Shown: positions 55,521 to 64,000 of the stretch, one piece after another
Numbering within the stretch: position 1 is the stretch's first letter
Layout: every line of letters starts with the position of its first letter
Origin: Camelus ferus
Taxonomy: Eukaryota
Length of the DNA stretch: 64,000 nucleotides
NCBI RefSeq assembly: GCF_009834535.1
Contig: NC_045696.1
Coordinates: 79,238,001 to 79,302,000 of the forward strand
Direction: 5' to 3'
Program-made: the position numbers and the translations under genes
Notes under the pieces: model-generated
Told to the model about the DNA's origin: nothing
Databases searched by the model: none
What the model saw: the letters and a program-made list of their open reading frames with translations, nothing else

Positions 55521-57360
55521 TATTGTTTATTATATAGACACTCTATTTTGACAGAGTTTTTTTTTTTTTTTCCTTTCTTTAATTGAATTCATCAGCACCT
55601 CTCTGTGTGGTCTACAGTTTACATTGTCTGTTGGCTTGGATATAAAGATAATGGCAATAATGAAATCAGGGGCACACCTTTTTGATTTGTATTCAGTTGA
55701 TATTGTCCAATGAAAGTCTATACCATTGCTACCAAAACTCACCTATCAAACCTCCCTACAAGAGTTATTTTTCAATGAATCATAAAAAAAGATCAGAGAG
55801 GTATTCGCCTCTAGTTTGGTAAAATCAGTCACTCTTGTTGGAGAATCACTCTAGGGTCACACATTATTTTTGTGTATAGAGGAAAATAAACATATAATAG
55901 CCAAGTCATTTACACGGCTTCCAAAGAAATCTGATTTGCCATCAGAGGATGATCAAATGTAAGGAATTTCCTTTTATTCACTTAATTGGTTTTCTTCTCT
56001 TAAATTTAGAGCACTGAAGGTTGACCTACATGGCAGAGTACGAGGACATGGTACTCATCTCCCCCCGTGAACACATCAAAAATATACCAACATGTGGAAA
56101 ACTTCTCACTGAAAAACTCCTGTAGAGCCAAGGCTGTAAGAAAGATCCACATGGAATTGGGTAGAAAGGGAAAAGAAGTGATCAGGTTAGGACCTGTGCC
56201 CCTGAGAGGGGACTCAGAGGAAAACGGTTACAAATGCAGAGATCTGCCCTGGGGAGTGAGTGGTTCGAGCAATATTTTGGGTGCCCCAGTCCTAGGTCCG
56301 ACATGAAAACCAAGTCCCTTTGGCTGATTGGAGGGCCACTAGTATTAACAAGAGGGCTATGAGAAGCCTGGACTCCACTCATGAGAAGTGTGTAAGCATT
56401 GGCTTGCTCCCAGGACAGGACGGAGAGGGCAAATTGAGGACTGCTCCAGTCACTGTCCAGATTCCCATGACCACTCCAGCACGGGCCACCGCCTGAGTCA
56501 AGTGAATGCTCCAGCTCTGCTTGCTTCAATTCACAACTCTGCACTGGAGCAAGAGCTGCCATAAATGGGGAAAGAGGTTGGCCCTTGGCCCTTGGCCCTG
56601 GAACGCAGAGGTGACTCGGACCCAGGGCAGTGTCTAAGTACCGTGGGGCTGCCACTGCTGGCAGTTATGCTGGCAGTGTGGCAGGGGTGGTCAGTATCTC
56701 TGACAGTGGCTGGACTGTCACAGGCTGCACATGGATACACACCGAGCGCCCATGTGGCCCCACTTGCTCCACATCAGGGTAGGGGCAGTGGAGGCCAGAG
56801 AGGGAGTGATTGGAACAGAGACTCTGACGCAGTGGAGGCTGTCATTGCCAGCACCTGCACAGGCAGCACATCAGAGGCAGCCTGGATGTCATCTGTGGCT
56901 GCCTGCTGCAGCCCACTCCCTGTCATGAGCCAAGAGCCTGCATGGGCCCCTCTTGCTCCATTACTGCTCCTGTTTGGGACAAGGTTGCCAATGCTGGGAG
57001 AGAAGAGACCACACATTTAATGGCAACACAGCCAGCTTGGAAGTGGCCCTCACAGCTTCTGTTCCATCAATTTCATATTGGACCCCATCCCCAATATGGA
57101 GGTGATGACCAGTGAGAATAGGGGAAGCCCTGTCTTATACCTAGCTCCAGCTCTAGTACCTCCATTTCCAACCCCATCTCTGAACAAGGTAACAGATGTC
57201 AGCATACCATGAAGAAAGACATGATTTCTGTTCATGTCAAATCCAGCTCTCCCACCAAAAGCACGGGTACATACAGACTGAATAGGGATGCTTCTACATA
57301 AGGACACCCCTTCAAAACTGCAAGAGGCTTCACCTAAATTCATAGAGAAAGTTAAGCAAA

Positions 57361-58210
57361 ATGAAAAGACAGAAATTGTTCTCCACTGAAAGAGCAAGAG
57401 AAAATCCCTGAAAAAATAAATAACAAAACAGATATAAACAATTTACCAGATGAATTCAAACCATGAGTAATAAGAATGCTAACTGAATCAGATAAAAGAA
57501 TGAATGAACAAATGAGAAATTTAACAAGGAACTAGAAGATATAAAAAAGAACTAGTCAGAGCTGAAGAATACATTAACTGAAATAAAACACACTCGAAAG
57601 AATAAACAACAAACTAAGTGATATAGAGGAATGCATAAGTGATCTGGAAAATAGAATAATGAAAATCACCCAATCAGAACAGCAAAAAGAAAAACAAATT
57701 TTGAAAAATGAAAATAGTTTAAAGAGCTCTCTGGATGACACCAACATTCGCTTTATAGGGGTCACAAATGGGGGGGTCAAAAATAAATTGGATAAAGTTA
57801 TAGCTGAAAACTTCCTAAATCTGAAGAAGGAAACACATGTCCAGGTACAAGAAGTACAGAGGGTCCCAAACAAAATAAACCCAAACAGACCTACACCAAA
57901 ACATATCATAATTAAAACGGTAAAAGTTAAGGATAAACAAAGAATTCTATAGTCAGCAAAAGAAAAACAGTTATATAGAAGGGAACCCTCATAGGGCTAT
58001 CAACTGGTTTTTCTGCAGAAATTTTGCAGGTCAGAAGGGAGTGGCATGATATATTCAAAGTGCTGAAAGGAAAAATCTTCAACCTAGGGTACTGTACCCA
58101 GGATGATCATTTAGATTTGAAAGAGAGATAAAGAACTTCTCGGACAAGAAAAAACTGAGTTCATCAATACTAAATCTACCCTAAAAGAAATTTTAAAGGG
58201 TCTTCTCTAA
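57361..58210 (+). pseudogene. L1 ORF1p remnant
   Basis: ATG at 57361; fragment NIRFIGV...IAENFLNLKKETHVQVQEVQRVPNKINPNRPTPKHIIIK; terminal ...KGLL-TAA at 58208-58210; disrupted. Confidence 0.88.
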
Positions 58211-58682
58211 GTGGAAAAGAAAAGGCTATAACACGACATAAGAAACAATGGGAAAGAAAAAAAAAATCCCACTAGGAAAGACATATAGAGCAAGGACTAA
58301 GGATCAACCACTTAAATAAGCTACTACAACGGTTGAAAAACAGAATATTGTAAAAACAGCTGTAACTAGAACAAGCAGTGGAAGGATGAACATGAAGATG
58401 TAAAATACAGCAACAAAAACACAAAATGTAGGGGAGGGGAGTTAAAAAGACAGATCTTTTAGAATGCTTATTAATTTAAAGGACTACAAATTTAAAACAT
58501 GGTTTATAGTTCAACATTTATGAACCCTGTGGTAACCACAAGTCAAAAACATACAATAGATGCACAAAAACAAGAAAGAAAGGAACACAACACCACTATA
58601 GAAAATCATCAAACCACAAGAGAAAAACAAAAAGAAGAAATAGATAGAAAACAATTCCAAAAACAACTAGAAAACAAATAAA

Positions 58683-60990
58683 ATGGCAACTAGTACATAC
58701 TTATCAACAATTACTCTAAATGTGCATGGGCTAAATGCTCCAATCAAAAGCTATAAGGTGGCTAATTTAATTAAAAAAAAAGATCCAACCATATGCTATG
58801 TCACTTAAGATCTAAAGACACACACAGACTGAAAGTGAGGGAGCAGAAAAATATATATCACGCAAACAGAAATTACAAGAAAGCAAGCATAGCAGTATTC
58901 ATATCATTCAAAATAGGCTTTAAAACAAAGTCTATAATAAAAGTCCAAGAAGGGCATGATGTAATGATAAAGGGATCAACACAAGGGAGGATATTATACT
59001 CATTAACATATATGCACCCAATACAGGGGCATCTAAATATATAAAGCAATATTAACAGATATAAATTGAGAAATTAACAATATACAATAATAGTAGTGGA
59101 TTTTAACACCCCACTGACATCAATGGACAGATCATACAGCCATAAAATCAGTAAGAGCAACAGTAGTCTTAAATGATGCAATAAACCTGTTGGACTTAAT
59201 AGATATCTACAAGACGTTCTTTCCAAAAATAGCAGAATACATATTTTTTTCAAGTGCACGTAGAATGTTATCCAGGATAGATCCCATGCTAGGCCACAAA
59301 ATAAGTCTCAGCAAATTTAAGAGGACAGAAATTATATCAAGCAAATTTTCCAAACACAATTGTATGAAACTAGAAATTAATTACAGAAAGAAATATAAGA
59401 AAATAATAAGCAGATGGAGACTAAACAACATGCTAATTTTAAAAAAATGTATAGATGAAGAAATTAGAGAGGAAAATAGAAAAACTTCAAGACGAATGAA
59501 AATAAAAACACAACTTTCCAAAATCTATGGGATGCAGCAAAAGCAGTTCTAAGAGGGAAGTTTACAGTGATACAGGCCTTCATCAAGAAACAAGAAAAGT
59601 CTCAAATAAACATCCTAAATCCACCAAGGAATTAGAAAAAGAAAATTAAAGCTCAAAGTCAGCAGAAGGAAGGAAATAATAAAGACCAGAGAGGAAATAA
59701 AATAGAGACAAAAAAAAAAAAATAGAAAAGATAAATGAAATCAAGAGATGGTTTTTTTTAAAAGATAAACAAAATTTATAACCTTTAATCAGCCAATCAA
59801 GAAAAACAAGGAGAGGACCCAAAGAAACGCAATAAGAAATGAAAGAGGAGAATAACAACTGATACCAGAGATACAAAACATCATAAGAGAAAACTGTGTG
59901 GACAGTTAAATGCCAACAAATCGCACAACATAGAAGAAATGGACAAATTTCTAGAAACACACAAACTGCCAAGACTGAATCAGGAAGGAACAATAAACAG
60001 ACTAATCATTAATACTGAAATTGAATTTGTAATTTAAAAAAATCCCAGAAAACAAAAGTCCAGGACTGGATGGCTTCATAGGGGAATTTTATCAAACATA
60101 TAAAGAAGAGCTAATGCCTATCCTTTTCAGAATATTCCAAAAAGCTGAAGAAGATGGAACATTCTCAAATTCATTTTATGAGACCACTATTGCCTTGATA
60201 CCAAAATCAGACAAATGCACTACAAAAAGTAAATTATGGACCAATATTTCTGGTGAATATAGACAGATGCAAAAATCCTCAACAAAATATGAGCAAATCC
60301 TATCCAACAATACATAAAAAGGGTCATATACCATGATCGAGTGGGATTTATTCCAGGGTTCCAAGGATGATTCAGTATTTGCAAATCAATCAATGAGATA
60401 TACCACATCAACAAAAGAAAGGATACAAATCACATGATATCTCAAATAATGCAGAAAAAACATTTGACAAAATTGAACATCCATTCATGATAAAAAGTCT
60501 CATCAAAATTGGTATAGAGGGAATATATTTCACCATAATAAAGACCACTTATGACAAACCCACAGTTAATATCATCCTCAGTGGTGAAAAGCTGAAAGAC
60601 TTCCCATTAAATTCAGGAACACGGTAAGAATGCCCACTCTTGCCACTTCTGTCTAACTCAGTATTGGAAGTCCCAGCCACAGCATCAGACAAGAAAAGGA
60701 AATAAAAGATATCCAAATTGGAAAACTGGAAGGGAAGTAGTTAAACCGTCACTGTTTGCAGATGACATTATACTATATATAGAAAACCCAAAAGTCTCCC
60801 CCCAAAAGCTATTAGAACTAACAAATGAATTCAGCAAAGTTGCAGGATACAAAATTAATGTACAGAAATTTGTTGCACATAGTAATACTCAGCCATGAAA
60901 AAGAATGAAATTCTGCCATTTGCAACAATGCAGGTGAACCTAGACAGTATTATGCTTAGTGAAGTAAGTCAGACAGAGACAGACAAATAT
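58683..60990 (+). pseudogene. L1 ORF2p remnant (APE endonuclease and RT), internally deleted
   Basis: ATG at 58683 MATSTYLSTITLNVHGLNAPIK; VDFNTPL; SRIDPMLGHK; FADD at 60755-60766; jump to the C-terminus at about 60880. Confidence 0.9.
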
Positions 60991-61344
60991 TGTATGTTGT
61001 CACTTATATGTGGGACCTAAAAAATGAAACAAATGTATATAACAAAACAGAAACAGACTCTCATATATAGAGAACAAACTAATGATTATCAGTGGGGAGA
61101 CGGAAGAGGGGATTGGCAACATAGGGATATGAGATAAAGAGACACAAACTACTATATATAAAATAAATAAGCAACAAGGATACATTGTACAGCACAGGGA
61201 AATATAGCCATTATTTTGTAATAACTTTAAGTGGAGCATCATCTATAAAAAAAACATTGAATCATTTGTTGTATTCCTGACAGTAATATCATATTGTAAA
61301 TCAACTATACATTGACTAAAAAAATACATGGACCAAGGTTGTTG

Positions 61345-61466
61345 AAAGAAAGTAGAAATAAAGGAAGAAAGGAAGAAAGAAAGAGAGAGAGAGAGAAAGA
61401 GAGAAAGAGAGAGAAGGAGGGAAGGAGGGGGGAAGGAAGGGGGGAAGGAAGGGGGGAAGGAAGGAA
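61345..61466. repeat. Polypurine (GAAA/GA/GGAA/G6) simple-repeat tract
   Basis: Read directly; includes repeated GGGGGGAAGGAA units. Confidence 0.9.
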
Positions 61467-62791
61467 CTACAAATGTGTAGTTAATTGCAATTGCTGAGGG
61501 ATCATTAACTAACTCAATTTCCCCATACACATTACTTGAGTAATCACAGTTGTATTAGGTTATCAATACTAAACTAGATTAGACCTTATTATTGATGTCA
61601 ATTGATTACATTAACAGTAAGGAAACTAAATCTCTTCAAATAACTAATATTGTTAAATATTAAAATAAGAAAGTAAGAAAGCTGCAGTTACAATTTTTAA
61701 AAAGTCATTATTCCTTTATTAAATCTTATCAAACACTTCATAAAATCCATATTAAATAAATCCCATTCATTGTCATATTGTTTATATTTAGCTTTGTGCC
61801 TCCCTAAAACTTGTTGACTAAGTTTACAAATGACAGGATATTGGAGCTGGAGTGGGAGGAAGAAGGCCACCACACCCCATTCTCTGGTGCAGGCTTCTGA
61901 CCTGAAGCAGCTGGGGGAGAAGAAAGCTTCACTTTGAAAAAATGTGGGATTTTCAGAATTACAATGGTCTGAGCATATATTTTTTGTCTTATGTTTTGTA
62001 ATCTATGTGTGACCCAATAGAGATTTCCTCCAAGGAACAGGAAATAGTCCATCAAGTGGGCTGAAAGGCACAGTAGGAAAAAAAAGAAGTTGCTTTATGA
62101 TTGATATAATAAGTCATTATCTCCATCACTGATTCTACTCAGTAAAGTGGAATTTTATGCCGAAAAAGAACACCATCCAAAAATATGTATGTATAGGAAA
62201 GGAAGAAACAGCATTTTCAAAATCTGTAAGAAATATTAGCATTTACACAGATGACTTAATACAATCAATGTCAAACTGTAAGAATGAATTCAATGTGTTT
62301 GACACATAAAAACCAAAAGCTTTCAAGTATGACAATAATGAGCAATCAGAAAATATTATAAACAAAAGGGTCCATTCATAATAGTAACCAAAACTATAAG
62401 CTACACTTAAAAATATTTAAATGCATTATAGATAAAGGTATTAACTTACTAATGTACAAAAAACAAAAAAAAAAGCAAAGAAAAAGGTGCAGAATGATGT
62501 GTTTAAAATGTTTTAAAATATACATAAAATGCTCTTGCAATATCCTTGAGTAGGCATGTAAATAAACAGAAAATGATGGCAGATATACTGATTACAGTAT
62601 TTTCTGGGAATGGAATGGAGATTGGATAAGAGTTAGGGAGATTCTAACTTTATCTTTAGAGTTTGCATGTTTATAATCACAATATAGTCATTTTTTTGTA
62701 ATTATAATTTTGCAAAGCTAAACTAGAATAAAGAGATTATACAGTTCTGAATGTCTGAATGCACTGATTTGTTAAGAAATATGAATTTAAG

Positions 62792-62995
62792 GGGACTTTA
62801 ATCTTGCTAAAAACTTGGAAGGAGGGGTCCCCTGAAGACCAGCTGCAGCCAAAATGGAAGGGATTATATCAGGTATTAATGAGCACCCCAACTGCCGTTC
62901 AGCTACGAGCAATTGCTAGTTGGGTACATCTGTCCAGAATAAAACCTGTAATTTATAAACCCCAACAGGAGCCAGGAGAGACCTACACTTGCTAG
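62792..62995 (+). pseudogene. Gammaretrovirus-like integrase C-terminal (GPY/F module) remnant
   Basis: LLKTWKEGSPEDQLQPKWKGLYQVLMSTPTAVQLRAIASWVHLSRIKP matches the class I ERV pattern LxPxWxGPYxVxLxTPTAVK...WIHxSRxK. Confidence 0.88.
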
Positions 62996-63386
62996 GCAAT
63001 ACAAGAACTCAGGTATCCTGAGGCGGTGATTACAAATGTTTAACCACGCCTTTGAAGTCTTTTGTCGTTACAGACTGTCAGACTGCTGTTACAAAGGTGC
63101 TTCATCTTTAAGAAAATTCATCAAAAGTCAATAAAAACAGTGGGTTACAGCAGCCCCACATCAGATAATGGCTGTGTGAGGATTCCAGCCCACACCCTCA
63201 GCCCTCAGATGCAAAAACAAAAAGCTGGCCTGCCCCTGAGGCCCCTAGATTAGACATTCAGAGATTTTTTTACTCCCTGATAGGCAGGGTCAACGCCTCT
63301 ACTCAGCCAGTAAGCAGCTCCAGAAGATGGACCTTCGCCCCTCTGCACCCCCATAAGATTATGGGAGTAAAATCTTTGAGGGGGGA

Positions 63387-63862
63387 TAAGACAGGAAGGG
63401 GGCAGGGCACAGCCATTCAAGGAATGCTACAGCAATTAACATCAAAATGGTGAAAGGTTCAACCCCCAGAATGCCTTGAGGCTCAGGATGATGAGAGATT
63501 TTGAGCTTCATTATACGCCCATTGTAATATATTAACATGGTGAATAACACGCCCACAGGCACCAGGGAAGTCCCAAGGCTAGTCACAAAAGGCCACAGAG
63601 TGGGAAATGGCCAACTTCCTGGGAATCCCAGCCCCTTCCCCGGGCTACTTAGACCTGTCCTTCCACTTAATTAGCATATGAAGCCACTAAGCCCATAAAA
63701 ACTATCCACAGGGCACCTCGAGGCTGCCTCTCTCTCTCCATTCAGCCTACACTCTGTCTATGGAGTGTGTACCTATTTTCAATCTGAACACCCAACCCCC
63801 ACACCTCGTGGCCTTTCTCTTGCCTTTCAATGTATCTCCCTGAATAAATCTACCTTTACTCA
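63387..63862 (+). promoter_or_regulatory. ERV1-type 3' LTR, U3-R only (no U5)
   Basis: Starts right after the PPT (taagacagg, likely mutated TG start); TATA-like cataaaaa 63694-63701; poly(A) signal 63843-63848; ends at the cleavage site. Confidence 0.75.
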
Positions 63863-64000
63863 AAAAAGAGAAAATAAAAAAGAAATATGAATTTAAATAT
63901 ATAAGAAAATTTGATTTTGTGTAAATTTGAAAAGCACAATATTTATAACTTTGCTCTATTCTGTTTTTAAACAAAGTACCTTCTAAAATTTTATTACTCA

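Larger units (their letters stand above)
56020..61325 (+). mobile_element. Near-full-length inactive L1 with internal deletion in ORF2
   Basis: GC-rich 5' UTR (about 56020-57360), ORF1 remnant, inter-ORF spacer, ORF2 endonuclease and RT remnants, 3' UTR ending gtaaatcaactatac plus A tail. Confidence 0.95.
62791..63879 (+). mobile_element. Processed (L1-retrotransposed) copy of a class I ERV RNA: integrase tail, short env-less spacer, PPT, U3-R, poly(A)
   Basis: Perfect 17-bp TSD aagaaatatgaatttaa (62774-62790, 63880-63896); AATAAA 63843-63848, CA at 63861-63862, then A-rich tail; PPT gagggggga 63378-63386. Confidence 0.88.
1..64000 (-). other. NLGN1: Internal portion of the neuroligin-1 gene (mostly intron; gene extends beyond both window ends)
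   Basis: Two NLGN1 exons in the correct order and phase on the minus strand, separated by a 6777-nt GT-AG intron (24505-31281); no other NLGN1 exon recognised in the window. Confidence 0.93.

Noticed and set aside
56067..57397. Several overlapping 65-157 aa ORFs, possible L1 ORF0 equivalent
   Set aside because: Expected in a GC-rich decayed L1 5' UTR; no motif support, and ORF0 is described for primate L1.
31342..64000. NLGN1 insert A1 exon (VKRISKECARKPGKKICRKG) or first coding exon
   Set aside because: Not found by eye or in the ORF track; presumably upstream of the window.
1..64000. CRISPR arrays, operons, rRNA or other prokaryotic/phage systems
   Set aside because: No repeat-spacer arrays or dense long ORFs; the sequence is mammalian intronic DNA.

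Overview
AT-rich, CpG-depleted mammalian genomic DNA, probably from a camelid (tRNA-derived SINE at 14943-15071 and short L1 3' tails of the camel/alpaca type; species call is inference). The whole window lies inside neuroligin-1 (NLGN1), transcribed on the minus strand. Only two coding exons are present: the 60-nt alternative splice-site-A insert A2 (31282-31341) and the following 153-nt exon (24352-24504). The rest is intron containing L1, L2, MIR, MaLR and hAT-Charlie remnants and microsatellites. The most notable finding is at 62791-63879: a class I ERV segment (integrase C-terminus, almost no env, PPT, U3-R) ending in a poly(A) tail and flanked by a perfect 17-bp target-site duplication, i.e. 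an ERV RNA apparently retrocopied by L1 machinery. Also noted: RBFOX-type motifs beside exon A2, candidate recursive splice sites, a near-full-length L1 missing about 1.45 kb of ORF2, and two abutting hAT elements. I see no prokaryotic-type system (no CRISPR, operons or rRNA). Repeat families were assigned by eye from remembered consensus motifs; boundaries without TSDs are approximate.
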